Below, piece by piece: positions 1 through 13,550 of a stretch of DNA of 64,000 bases. The notes below the pieces were generated by a model, which saw nothing but the letters and a program-made list of their open reading frames with translations, searched no databases and was not told where the DNA came from. How positions within the stretch are numbered: position 1 is the first letter of the stretch; each line of letters starts with the position of its first letter. The stretch lies in assembly GCF_009914755.1 (NCBI RefSeq), contig NC_060925.1, one strand, 5' to 3'. The translations under genes were made by a program, and so were the position numbers. This DNA comes from the human T2T-CHM13v2.0 reference genome, Homo sapiens.

Positions 1-328
1 GGTTGGAAATGGAATAAAGAGATAATAATGATACAGGAGATGGCTAAATGCATTTAGGAGGAGGGGGGAAAAGAAGAGCAGACTGGGGCTATCCTCCTTC
101 ACCCCTTATTTCAGTGCTCTCAAAGTTGGTAATACAATTTTTATTGAATATTACTAATTTAACCACAAATATTTAGTGATTATCTCTTGTGAACCAAGCA
201 CTGTCCTAGGCTCAGAAAAGAGGAGGACAAGAATTAGAGTTGGTTTAAACATAGTCTTTAACACACAAGCACCATATTAAAAGGCAGTACTTTTGAATGC
301 TACAATATAAATGTAAGAAACTTGGGAT

Positions 329-654
<326 letters not shown>

Positions 655-763
655 TTATTTACTCATAGTCCCTATTGTATTCTTGCAACTATTAGTACAG
701 TATCTATTCTTAATATTTGTTTAATAAACATTCTAATCAATCCATACTTAATAATTAATTATA

Positions 764-1573
764 GACACTTCTCAAAAGAAGACATTTATGCAGCCAACAG
801 ACACATGAAAATATGCTCATCGTCACTGGCCATCAGAGAAATGCAAATCAAAACCACAAAGAGATACCATCTCACACCAGTTAGAATGGCGATCACTAAA
901 AAGTCAGGAAACAACAGGTGCTAGAGAGGATGTGGAGAAATAGGAACACTTTTACAGTGTTGGTGGGATTGTAAACTAGTTCAACCATTGTGGAAGACAG
1001 TGTGGCGATTCCTCAGGGATCTAGAACTAGAAATGCCATTTGACCCAGCCATCCCATTACTGGGTATATACCCAAAGGATTATAAATCATGCTGCTATAA
1101 GGACACATGCACACATATGTTTATTGTGGCACTATTCACAATAGCAAAGACTTGGAACCAACCCAAATGTCCATGAATGATAGACTGGATTAAGAAAATG
1201 TGGCACATATACACCATGGAATACTATGCAGCCATAAAAAAGGATGAGTTCATGTCCTTTGTAGGGACATGGATGAAGCTGGAAACCATCATTCTCAGCA
1301 AACTATCGCAAGGACAAAAAACCAAACACCGCATGTTCTCACTCATAGATGGGAATTGAACAATGAGAACACATGGACACAGGAAGGGGAACACCACACA
1401 CCGGGGCCTGTCGTCGGGTGGGGGGAGTGGGGAGGGATAGCATTAGGAGATATACCTAATGTAAATGATGAGTTAATGGGTGCAGCACACCAACATGGCA
1501 CATGTATACATATAAAACAAACCTGCACGTTGTGCACATGTACTCTAGAATTTAAAGTATAATTAAAAAATAA
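764..1573 (+). mobile_element. 5'-truncated L1PA (PA4/5-like): ORF2 C-terminus and 3'UTR
   Basis: ORF pieces [29 protein letters not shown] and WIKKMWHIYTMEYYAAIK; G-rich 3'UTR; TSD taataattaattata at 749-763 and 1574-1588. Confidence 0.95.
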
Positions 1574-2018
1574 TAATAATTAATTATAATATTAAAAATT
1601 AACCATTATAAATAATGGTATCAATTCTGGCAGAAGCCCCAAGGCCTGGAAAAATAAGTGCTGGAGCATTTGTTCAGGACATGTTCAAATTTTATAAAAC
1701 TGGTCACTGCCATCATTAGTCCATCTTGCCCATCTGGGCTTTGTTAGACAATGCCAAGAACTCATTCATTAATAAGAAATATGTATTAATTAAATACATA
1801 TTTAATTTTCTTAAGTAAAGTTTTTAGTGTACTGTGTACTTTCTTCTACCTTCCCCTAAATGAACTAAGAGAGGGACTTGGAAAATCCATAAGAAATTTC
1901 TGCTCAGGTCCACTGAAGTTTAGAGGGACCTGGTCTGGTAGCTGGCTCATATCTGTAAGCATGTGAAGGTGAGCAGCTGGCTGGAGCTGTGTCAGGAATC
2001 TCCTGTGCACTCAAATTT

Positions 2019-2246
2019 ATTTATTTATTTATTAATTTGGGACAGTGTCTGTCTCTGTCACCCAGGTTGGAGTGCAATGGTGCGATCACAGTTCACTGCA
2101 GGCTTGATCTCCCAGGCTCAAGTGAGTCCCCTACCTTAGCCTCCTGAGTAACTGGGACCACAGGTGAATGCCACCACAACTGGCTAATTTTTCTGTATTT
2201 TTTTTTTTTTTGTAGAGATGGGGTTTCGCTATGCTGCCCAGGCTGG
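2019..2246 (-). mobile_element. 5'-truncated AluJ
   Basis: Reverse-strand Alu right arm plus part of left arm; TSD tcaaattt at 2011-2018 and 2247-2254. Confidence 0.88.
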
Positions 2247-2782
2247 TCAAATTTCACACAGGAAAGATGCATGTTTTCTAGGATCTTATGTGGACCAGAC
2301 TGGATCTTCTTGAAGGTGACGCTACACAGAGCATGGCTGGGAGAGTGAGGTGACCCCTCAAGAGGAACTCTGTGAGGAAGGTCCAGGAGCAGTAGGGGCA
2401 TTATAAGTAGTTGGCCAGAGGCATCATAGCATCAGGGAACAGCAGGTGGATGAGTCTCTGAAGAAGCTACAGAAGGGTTGCTAGAGAGGCAGCAGGCGAC
2501 AGGGCACTCACTCAAGGGACACCAGCCCCACTGTAGCTGCCTTCTTAAGAAAGACTTTATCCTTCATTGTTAACCCTCTTGTCCTGCCCCTGCTCCTTCT
2601 TTAGGGACCCAAAATAGCAGCTAATGGGTTGGGAAGGAAGTGAAGCAAAAAGAGAGAGAAAACTAACAAGATCTCCTCTTTCTCTGCTGCAGGCTTCCAA
2701 GCAGAAGTCAGCCCTGTGCTGAGAGAGAGGCAAGAAGGAGGCTGTCATATGAGGAAGTCACCCTATAAAAAGAACCAGATTT

Positions 2783-2827
2783 GCTTTTTGCTTGCTTGCT
2801 TTCTCTTTCTGTTCCTCCCTCCCTCCT

Positions 2828-2860
<33 letters not shown>

Positions 2861-2880
2861 CTCTTTCTTCCTTTCATTCC
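2783..2880. repeat. CT-rich polypyrimidine microsatellite
   Basis: (CT)n, (CCCT)n and (CTTG)n runs. Confidence 0.9.
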
Positions 2881-5319
2881 TATCTGAAGAGAAGACTACT
2901 TAATTAATACCTGAAAGTGATTGGAAATCTTACAAAGTTTGCTTGAGATTTCCTCTGGTAGTGGAAAATTTAAAAAGACTCAACAAAGTAAGTTAACAGG
3001 TAAGTTATTGGCTGATAATAGAATTACTTTGTGTTTGCACCCTACCAAATAATGTAATAGACTAAACTTTGTCTGTTTAGTCAGTAATGCTCTGTGGGGA
3101 GGAAGCTTCTTTCAGGAATGAGAAAAAGAGATGAGTGCTCCATCAAGCTGGGCTGCATGGCAACAGCCACCATCCAGGTTACAGAGGAGCAAAGGACATG
3201 GTGGTGATAATGTGACTCCCGTTCAAGGTAAAAACTCTAGGCTAATAAACATTTGTTTTGTAAACGTCTATCATCTGATATGGGATATAATACAAAGATA
3301 GTCTTAATGTCAGACATATGTAAAAGAGAGAGTAAAAACTTACATACTGCAGTGCAGATGTGCAAAAAAATTAAACTTTCATTTTTATCTATAGCCAACT
3401 ACATATTATTTTTGAGTTCTCACTCCTGCTGATGTCATAAGAAAATGTAAGCCAATTAAATTCATATATATAAAAATTTATGCTAATTAAATATATCTCA
3501 GACTTGGCTAATTTTAAGTGGTTTCTTCTTTCCTAATTCAACCTCTTTTGGATACATAGTCAGTGAATTCCAAATTTAAACTCCCCAAATAGTTGTTTTG
3601 TTTCTTTCACAAGACGACTCCTTTGTTTTCCTTCTGAAGATGGCAGGTAGAAGTAGAGGAGGGAGGCACAGACTGGGAGTAGGGGAGGAGGCATAGAAGG
3701 CACTTATTCTCCTGAAGGTAACAGAGCCAGGCCTGTGAGCAATGAGTTTCCTCGTTGGTCTCTTTGGTGCTTGGGTGGCCCGGCCTCATTTTGGGACACC
3801 CTGGACTGCTGTCTGCTGAGGTGTGGCTAATTCTGTCCAGCCTTTCTGAGGTATTTTGCTGGCACCTACTGCCCATTTTTGTGATATCCACTATATCTTT
3901 TGAACTATTACTATCTCTTTTTCATAATCTGCAGCCTTTTCATCCAAGCCCCAGGCCTCTGCCACGGTCTTCTCATCATTTCTGGGCACCTGCCGCAGCC
4001 CTGGAAGTCCTGCATTTTTGATGTGCCCTCCCTCAGGCCCATTTATCTAGAAGCCTCCCTTGCACCTGCTACTTTACAGCTGCCACGATGGATGTGGCAA
4101 GGCCATGGAGCCCAGCCAGACCACTACTTCCCTAGGTAGGACTGTGAGAGTCAGGATCTGCCCCAGACTGCCACACAGTTGGAAATCTACTAAGGAAGAT
4201 GTACATTCTCTAGACTTGAAGCCCAATCCAGGCCTTAGGTTGAGGTGGATGTAAGAGAAGGTGAGGGGAGGAAAGGTGAGCATCTTCCTCACCACACCTC
4301 CTCCCTACTCTGCTCTTACAGTATGTCTTAGAGATAAGTAAGAGTTCTCAAGTGGCAAGGCATAGACACTGAAACTTCTGAGAAAAATTAGCTATTTTGT
4401 GTTTACAAGATAATGGGACCATTTGCTTTTATGTCATGAAAGTGGGGAAAGTAGAGCAGGGACCAAAAAGAAATGTGTGGAGATTGAAGAGCTTCTCACA
4501 GCATGCAACACATGCAAACAGTTTTCAAAATCACTGCTTTTCAGTCCATGCCTATCTTTCAGCTCAGGCCAGCATACGGTCCTGACTTGTCCTGCTCTTC
4601 GCACTCTAGAAACTGAGATCAGCTTGGCCAGAAAAAGGAATGGGGTTGCCTCTCTAGGTTCTTGTTGGATAAGACCGTACTATTGTATCTTTAGTGACTA
4701 GATTGCAACACTTCAACAATAATCCTGCAGGACCACCTGGTCTGGCCTAGGCCTTCCTGAGGCTGCAGAGTAAGGAGAGTATGCATTAAGGGTGTTAATA
4801 TGAGCTCATCTACTAGAAGGCCTAGGCTCCTTCCCAAATCCAGAATTCCTCCGAGTATCATTTCTTCTTTGTGTCCCACAGCTCCAAATTTCTTTGAGTT
4901 CTCTCTTCTGCACCAAACTAGCTCTGCATCAGATACAGTTCCCACAAATCCCATCTTTCTAGGTTCTCTCAAAAATAAGCACATAGACAATATTTCTTTT
5001 CACAGTTTTTCTACTATTATCTTTGATGCTGTCTAACTGCATAGTCACAAGGGAACTTCATGAGCACAGACTCATGATAAAGAGAAGATGGAGTAGGACT
5101 GCCATTTTCTAATTCAGCAAGAAGTCAAGAAGTATAGGATAGGTGTGAAGGATGGTGAGATCTGTAAATGTGTAAGCTTCATAACTTCTCTGTGACTTGC
5201 TTAGCTTTATTCTGTTTTTTTTTTTGTTGGCAAACTGTAGCTAAGCATGAAATAAAATAGAAGTTTTCAGGGTCAATGAGAACATTTTATCTGGCTACAT
5301 AAAAAAGATGATTGCCTTT

Positions 5320-5990
5320 AGCATATTCGGTGCATAAACTATGTCATGTACCAGACACTATAGTAGGTGCTATGAGGGAATAAAGATGAGTACAACACAG
5401 TATCTGCTCTCAAGGAGGTTGCAGCTAGTTGGTGAGACTGATTCATAAATAGTAGATTGTAATAAAAGAAAAGTTGGAATACAGATGAAATGTGTTCAAC
5501 AAGAGTAAAGTGAAATTACATCCAATTAGGAGGTTGTCCTTGAAAGATAAGTAGAATAGCGATAGAGGAACATGATGGCAGGGTATTTCATATTAAAGGG
5601 AGAGCCTTATCAGTATCAAACAAGGGCAGAAGCCTAAATATGCTTATAAAATGAGGAGGTGAGCCCCGTGACTCAAGTGTGGGGTATATAAAAGGATGTG
5701 GTGGGAAAGGAGTCTGGAGAGACAAAGAACCTTGGTTATAAGTACCATTGAGTCGTTGGGTAAGAAGTGTGGTCACTGATGTGTCATCATTTGGGAATGA
5801 TAGACTGGCTTAAACAGGGAAATGGTATAAATAAAACCAGAAGATAACTCTGGCTGGCTGTGAGTGGTGGGCCAAGAGGAATAATATCCTTAGCAAATAT
5901 TAATAACAGTCTGGAGAGAACAAGTGAGGGCTTGAGTGGGGAGCAACAAAGAAAAACAGAGAATCACTGAAATGATTTTAGTAGAACCAG
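5320..5990 (-). mobile_element. Degenerate L2 fragment(s)
   Basis: L2 3'-end-like motifs (tatgtcatgtaccagacactatagtaggtgct...ctgctctcaaggag); boundaries approximate. Confidence 0.55.
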
Positions 5991-6492
5991 AAGCCACTAT
6001 ATATGGCAGTATCATTCCTTCCCCCAAAGGAAAATCAGAGACTCCACTGTTGGGGCTACATTTATAGACTCAAAGAACCGACAAATGTCAAATCCAGAAG
6101 GGGTCCGTGAGATTATGTTGTTTTGGCAGGTGGAAAAACTGGGAAGCCAAGAGAGGTCTACTGACCCCAAGCTAGTACTGCATCCACTGCTCCAGCAGTT
6201 CCTTTAGTGTAAAAGCGTAGCTTACCACCCCTGAGGTCAAGGGCCAGTGAGGGCCAACATTTCATGCTCTTTTTAGGTTATATGTACCTTAATGTACTCA
6301 GTGTAAATGAGTTTTAGTTCCCATTCTTTTCTGAGGCTTTGAGGTCAGAAAAGATCTTCTTGAAAAAGGGATTAGAGAGGAAAGGATGTCTGAGTAAGAG
6401 AAGAGGTGCAGATGAGGAGATAGGTGTATTAGTTTCTGAGGGCTGCTATAACAAATTACCACAAACTGGTGGCTTCAAACAGCAGAAATTTG

Positions 6493-6680
6493 AGCTGGGT
6501 TGGGTTGCGGGTGCCTATAATCCCACCTACTCAGGAGTCTGAGGCTGGAGGATTTCTTGAGCCTAGGAATTCAAGGCTGCGGTGCACTGTAATCCTACCA
6601 CTGCACTACAGCCTAACTGACAGAGCAAGATGCCATCTCTTAAAAAGACACACAAACACACACACACACAGAAAACAAAA
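6493..6680 (+). mobile_element. FRAM / free right Alu monomer with (CA)n tail
   Basis: Single diverged right-arm monomer followed by (CA)n at ~6648-6670. Confidence 0.8.
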
Positions 6681-6736
6681 TCCACAAATTTATTGTCTCA
6701 CAGTTCTGGAAGCTAGAAGTCCAAACTCAAGGTGTT

Positions 6737-8690
6737 TGATAGGAATAGCATTGAATCTGTACATTGTTTTGGCAATGTTTTTCACAGGCTTAGAAAAAAC
6801 TATTCTTTTTTTAAAAAAATTTATTATTATTATACTTTAAGTCTTAGGGTACGTGTGCACAACGTGCAGGTTTGTTACATATGTATACATGTGCCATGCT
6901 GGTGTGCTGCACCCATTAACTCGTCATTTAGCATTAGGTATATCTCCTAAAAACTATTCTAAAATTCATGTGGAATCAAAAGAGAACCAAAATAGCCAAA
7001 GCAATCCTAAGCAAAAAGAACCAGCCAGAAGCATCATGCTACCCAAATGCAAAATATACTACAAGGCTACAGTAACCTAAACAGATGGTAATGATACAAA
7101 AACAGACACAAAGACCAATGGAACACATTACAGAACCCAGAAATAAAGCCACACACCTATAGCCATCTGATCTTCGACAAAGTAAACAATAACAAGAAAT
7201 GGCGAAAGGACTATTCTATTCAATAAATATTGCTGGGATAACTGGCTAGCCATATGCAAAAGACTGAAGCTAGACACCTTCTTTTCATCATCTACAAAGG
7301 TTAACTCAAGATGGATTAAAGATTTAAATTTAGGACTCCAAACTATAAAAATCATAGAGGAAAACCTAGGAAATACCGTCCTCCTTGGCAAAGAATTTGT
7401 GGCTAAGTCCCTAAAAGCAATTGCAACAAAAACAAAAATTGACAAGTGTGACCTAATTAAACTAAAGGGCTTCTGCACAGCAAAAATCAACTCAAGATGG
7501 GTTAAAGACTTAAATGTAAAACCTAAAACTATAAAATCTCTAGAAGATATCAGAGGAAATACCATTCTAGACATAGGCCCTGGCAAAGATTTCACAACAA
7601 AGATGCCAAAAGCAATTGCAACAAAAACAAAAATCGGCAAATGGAACCTAATTAAACTAAAGGACTGCTGCGCAGCAAAAGAAACTATCAACAAAGTAAA
7701 CAGACAACCTACAGAATGGGAGGAAATATTTGCAAACTATGCCTCTGACAATGTCTAATATCCACAATCTATAAGGACCTTAAACAAATCAACAAGCAAA
7801 AGACAACCCCATTAAAAATGAGCAAAATATATAAACAAACACTTTTCAAAAGAAGACATACATGCAGCCAACAAGCATATAAAAAAATTCAATATTACTA
7901 ATCATTAGAGAAATGCAAATCAAAACCACAGTGAGATACCATTTCACATCAGTCAGAATGGATATTTAAAAAAAAATCAAAAAACAACAGATGCTGGTAA
8001 GGCTGTAGAGAAAAGACAATGCTTATACACTGCTGGTGGGAATATAAACTATAATAGTTCAGCCAGTTTACATTTCCAAACTGTGGTTTGGAGATTTCTC
8101 AAAAAACATAAAACAGAGCTGTCATTCAACTCAGCACTCCCATTACTGGGTATATACTCAAAGGAATAGAAATTGTTCTACCATAAAGACAAATAAGGGC
8201 AAATGTTTGTCCCAGCACTATTCACAATAGCAAAGACATAGAATTAACCTAAATGCCCATAAATGGTAGACTGGAGAAAGAAAATGTGGCACATATATAC
8301 CATGGAATACTATGCAGCCATAAAAAAAGAACGAGATCATGTCCTTTGCAGCAACATGGGTGGAACTGGAGGCTATTATCCTAAGTGAATGAACACAGGA
8401 ACAGAAAACCACCCCAATGCCACATGTTCTCACTTATAAGTGGGAGCTAAGCACTGAGTACACATGGACACAAAGAAGGGAACAATAGACACTAGGGCCT
8501 ATTCAAGGATGTAAAGTGGAAGGAGGGTGGGGATTGAAAAAATATTTTTTGAGTACTATGCTTATTACCTGGGCAATGAAATAATCTGTACACCAAACCT
8601 CTGGTGACACACAACTTACCTATATAGGAAACCTGCACATGTACCCCTTGAACCTAAAATATAATTTGGAAGAAAAAAACAAAAATGAGA
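6737..8690 (+). mobile_element. 5'-truncated, 5'-inverted older L1PA (PA13-16-like)
   Basis: ORF2 C-terminal homology ([18 protein letters not shown]); older-type 3'UTR; TSD tcaaggtgtt/tcaaggtctt at 6727-6736 and 8691-8700. Confidence 0.9.
6807..6948 (-). mobile_element. ~140-bp young L1PA (PA2/3-like) 3' end
   Basis: Reverse L1 3'UTR terminus; perfect 12-bp TSD aaaaactattct at 6795-6806 and 6949-6960. Confidence 0.92.
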
Positions 8691-9829
8691 TCAAGGTCTT
8701 GGTAAGGCCATGCTCTCTCTGAAGCCTCTAAAGGAGGATCCTTTCTTGCCTCCTCTAGCATCTCGCAGCCACAGAAGTTTCTTGGTTTGTAGATGCATGA
8801 TTCTAATCTCTGCCTCCACCTTCATACAGCATTACCTCTATCATTTGTGTCAAGTTTTCTGTTTTCATAAGGATATCAGTCATATCGAATTAGAGTCTAC
8901 TCTAATAAACTGACCTTAACTTGATTTCCTTTGCAAAGACTCTATTTCCAAATTAAGTCACATTCACAGGTATTGTGGGTCAGAACTTTAACATATCTTT
9001 TTGAAGAGTCATAACAGTGGAGCTCTGGAGACAAACCTGGCTGCACACTGTTTTTCCAGGTTGAATCTAGTAGTGGGGACTCTGCAAGAAAAGGGGTAAG
9101 ACTGATTCACTCTCAGAAGATTCTCTCTCTTTGCCATACCTGCACGTCTGATCTGAATGTCAGAGGGCAAGCAAATGGTGAACATTGTCTTCTCAGTTAG
9201 GTAGCTGAGAATAGCAATGAGATTTACATCCTCCTGCAATTAAACAAAGCAACTGACTACTAGGGAAATCTTGGGGAAATTTCTGCCCAAGGAAACTAAG
9301 AAGCTTCATCCCATTAGGGCATGACGACTTGAATTTCAGATGCAAGGGGGAGATAGTGTGTATGTTTTTGTATCAGCTGGTAGCAACAGGGCAGTCCTTT
9401 TGCCCCATTTGTACAATATCCCCATGACGAAGGCAATTTTATTACTCTAAAATAAGTGAAACTTACTGAAATGACTAATAGACCTTAACTAGATGACAGA
9501 AGGTCAAGGTATAAATGAAAGATCCTTCCACATATTCAGAGTGTTGGAGTAGGAGGGAAACTTAGAAATCAACTAGCCCAGGAGTTTTCCTTCTGTAAGA
9601 AGAATGACCAGTTTCAGACCTGAATGAAGGAAAATGTTGTTGATACTGGGGACGATGTGTGGTAGAAGAGGAGAGAGAGAAAAATTAGTAGAGATTTTTG
9701 AGGCAAAGAGCCTTCCTCATGGTTCATTCATGACTATCCTTCCCTGCTTTGAAGGGGGCCTGATGGCAGCTTCTAGTCTGTGAATCATTCAGTAAGGACT
9801 CAATCTAATTCAGTTTCTTTCTCTTCAAA

Positions 9830-9930
9830 TGGAAACTGAAGGCAAGAAAGATGCAATGACTTGGCAGGTGTCACACAGCGGGGTAGTGTCAGAGTTGCCT
9901 CTGGAACCCTGGATCCTGATTCTTTCTAGC
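9830..9930 (-). mobile_element. MIR fragment
   Basis: gaaactgaaggcaagaaag...tgacttggcaggtgtcacacagc resembles the MIR core. Confidence 0.65.
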
Positions 9931-10479
9931 TCATTGTGGTATCTTTCACCCACACCTTGTGACATAACACAAATCTGTAAGTGAGTCTTCCCAGCTTTTC
10001 ATTAACTTCCCAATGTAATGAGAAGATTTTGATATAGTGGCTATGGGCACTGGATCAGGGAGCATTAATGTAGATTTCTGGAATCACGACCACCAATATC
10101 CACTTTGACTATCTTCCCTGTGTGTATTACAGCCTTCTTTTTGCACTGCTTTCTATAAGGACATTATATCAAGTGTTAATAGCTATTATATTGACATATT
10201 GCTTTACTGTGTGACCTTGAACAAATTAGATAATCTCTTTGGACCCCAGTTTTCTTTCTTGAACATTGACAAGTAATGTAACTGGTATATTAAACAAGCA
10301 AAACTCGTGCAACTTCTCTCTGCTAAGGTATGTTCACTTCTTTCCAAAAGTTGGCTCTCTCACATGGGTAACCTATATGTGTTCATGGAACACAAATTAA
10401 GCATTCTTTATTCCAATAAACTCTAGGAGAGCAAGGCCTAGAGGGTTGAATCATCTTAATAGCTTTATTCAGCCTTTAT

Positions 10480-12890
10480 TCATGATTTAAAACAAAATAA
10501 AACAAAAAAACTCTCAATAAACTAAAAATGAAAGAAATTTTTTAAGTTGAGAAAGGATAATGATGAAGAACCTATAGTTATCACACTAAGATTAGGAAAG
10601 AATCAATAAATTCTATTCTCACTGCCTGTATTCTACATTGTGTTATCTGCCCTTGCCAGTGCAACGTGAAAAGACAAAAATTATAAAAGTCATAAAAATT
10701 GGAAAAATAAAGAGGTAAAACTGCCATTATTTGAAGACAACTTAGTTATGTTGATAGAAAATATATGACATTTATCAAAAAAACCTATCAGAAATAATAA
10801 TTTATCAAAATTGGAGGATTTGAGGGCAAAATACAAAGTCAATTTCCTTTTAATAGGTTAGGAGCAAAGAAATGGGAAATAACATTTCAAAACAACACCA
10901 TTTACAATAGCATCAACATATATTAAGTACCTAGGAAATGATCTAATGAAATATGTACAAAACTGCTGCACTGACAATGTCAAAGCATCACTGAGAGAAA
11001 TTTAAAACCTAAATAAATGGGGAGTTATACCTTATTTGTAGATAGGCATATTCAAAAATGTTAGGAATCTATTCTCCCTAAATTGATCTATAGATTTAGT
11101 GCAATCCATACTGAAATTCCAGTATGCTTTTTTGAACATATTGAATAGCTAATTCTAAAATTTATTTAAATGCAAAGGTTTAGAATATCCAAAATAATTT
11201 TAAGAAAATAAGAAATGTGTAAAACGTCTTCAACACTCTGATTTCAAGACTTATTACCGTAATGAAGACAGTATGGTATTGACATAATGATGTACAAATA
11301 GATCAATGGAACACAACAGAGAATTTGGAAATAAAACCACATATAAACAATCAGTTGATTTTTTTCTTTTTTAAAATATTTATGTATTTATTTATTAATT
11401 TATTTTTGAGATGGGGTCTCACTCTGTCACTCAAGCTGGAGTGCAGTGGCACTGATCTCAGCTCACTGCAACCTCCACCTCCTGGGCTCAAGCAATCCTC
11501 CTACCTCAGCCTCCTGTGTAGCTAGGACCACAGGCACAGGCCACCACACCTGGTGAATTTTTTGTATTTTTGGTAAAGACGGGGTTTCACCATGTTGCCC
11601 AGGCTAGTCTCAAACTTCTGAGCTCAAGCAATCTGCCTGCTGCAGCCTCCCAAAATGCTGAGATTACAGGCATGAGCCACCGCACCCCAGTTGATTTTTT
11701 TTTTAAACCAAGCTGCCAAGTCAATGCACTGAGGAGAAGAAAGACTTATCAGCAAATAGTGCCACGTCAACTGCATATCTGTATGGAACAAATGAACCTT
11801 GGAATTTTTTCTGAATATAATAATAATAATAATAACAATTGAGATAGATCACAGACTTAAGCACAAAACACAGTTCCATAAAGCTTCTAGAGGAAAACAT
11901 AGGAAAATGTCTTGCTGGCCTAAGGATAAACAGAGATTTCTTAAAAAGGAAACAAAAAGCTTTACTCATTTAAAGCAATTTGATAAATTGGTCTTCATCA
12001 AAATTAATTTTTTTCTTTTAAAGGACACAATTTTTAAAAGAGTAGCCAGAATAGAAAAAAGATACTTGTCCCTTGACTATTACAAAAAATTCCTACAAAA
12101 CAAAGGTAAAAGATTATGAGCAATTCAGTTAAAAGTGGCAAAACCTTTGAACAGACACTTCACAAAAGAAGATGTGTGAATGTTCAATAAGCACGTGAAA
12201 AGTTACTTAACCTCGTTCGTCAACAGGGAAACGTACACTAAAGTTACAATGCAGTATATATCATATCCATCAGAATGTCTCTAATTGAAAAGATTGACAA
12301 CACTAAATGTTGATGAAGACATACAGCAACTGGAACTTTCATACATTGCTAGTGATGGTATCAAATGGAACAGTAACTTTGAAGGACTGTTCAATATTTC
12401 CAAAATTAAACATACACCTACCCTGTGACCCAGCAATTCCCTTCCTAAAGTTTATTCCAGATAAATAAAAATTTATGTCCTAAAAAGACTTGTACAAAAA
12501 TGCATATAATGATCTTACTCATCATAGCCAAAAACTAGAAATGACCTAAACGTTCGTTAACAGGAGGATAAATAAATTTCAATATATTCATATAGTGGTG
12601 AAATATTTAACAATTTTAAAAGGTAAACTACTGTTACATACAACAACATGAATGATTTTCACAAACATTATATCAAATGAAACAAAGCAGAACAAAAAAG
12701 AATACACTGTATGATTCCATTTATATGATGTCTAACATCAAGCAAAACTAACTGATAGTAGTAAAAATCAGAAAAAAGTTGCTCCAGGGTGAGAAATGTG
12801 TACTGAACAGAAGGAGGGATAAGAGAATTTCTTGGTGTGATGTATGTTCTATATTGGAGGGTAGATAGATAAATGGGTAGATACGGTTGG
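10480..12890 (+). mobile_element. Old L1M (L1MC/ME-type) ORF2 and 3' end, interrupted by AluJ
   Basis: Degenerate ORF2 motifs (ttgatctatagatttagtgcaatc; gaacagacacttcacaaaagaagat; gacccagcaattcc). Confidence 0.8.
11365..11687 (-). mobile_element. AluJ
   Basis: Reverse Alu with J-type positions; TSD cagttgatttttt at 11352-11364 and 11688-11700. Confidence 0.92.
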
Positions 12891-12949
12891 TCAAAATATA
12901 GATATAGGCATAGATAGATGTGGATGTATATATGAAATAGTGGATTGAT

Positions 12950-13070
12950 TCCACAAATAATTATTGATCAGCTACTATGTACAAGGTACTGCTGTGGACA
13001 CTGGGGATCCATTAGTGATTAACACAGACAAAAACTCTTCTTTCTCAATGGGGTTCACATTCCAGTCAGC
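12950..13070 (-). mobile_element. L2 3' fragment
   Basis: caaataattattgatcagctactatgtacaaggtactg...gttcacattccagt. Confidence 0.65.
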
Positions 13071-13084
13071 ATGTAATTAAATTA

Positions 13085-13505
13085 ATTAGCTGCATTATTA
13101 TTTGAAATAGGTAACAATTGGAAACAATCTTTATGTCCATCAAGAGGAAAGTTTAAATAACTTATGTTACATCCTTGTGATGGGATATTATTCAGCTATA
13201 AAAGTGAATAAATTTTTTATATACTGGTGAGAATAATCTTTAAGACTTCTTGTTTACTGAAGATAGCAAGATACAGTAAAATGTGTATAGTGTGCAGCCA
13301 TTTGTACAAAAATGAGAAGCAAACATATATGTACTTAGCTATCTGTTTATGTATAAAATTTCTCTGAAGTATTACTTAAGCAATTGATAAGATAGGTTGC
13401 TTCCAAAAGATAAAAACTACAGGATAGGAGTGCATGATCTTTTATACATTTTAAGTTTGGAGCCATGTAAATATATAACCTATAAGCAAATAAATAAAAC
13501 AAAAA
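13085..13505 (+). mobile_element. Old L1ME-type 3' end
   Basis: ggaaacaatctttatgtccatcaagagg...gggatattattcagctataaaa. Confidence 0.6.
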
Positions 13506-13550
13506 TTGTTTAAAATATTTTACAATTGGAGAAAGCAAACACGTATTTCT

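Larger units (their letters stand above)
6425..9010 (-). mobile_element. MLT1C-like MaLR solo LTR split by a FRAM and an L1
   Basis: tgtattagtttctgagggctgctataacaaattaccacaaac at 6425; LTR resumes at ~6690-6736 and again at 8691-9010. Confidence 0.8.

Noticed and set aside
3607-5036. Cluster of overlapping 60-100 aa ORFs, including GCGKAM (SRCR-like)
   Set aside because: No recognisable family, no consistent frame or splice structure, and the SRCR Cys/Trp pattern is absent.
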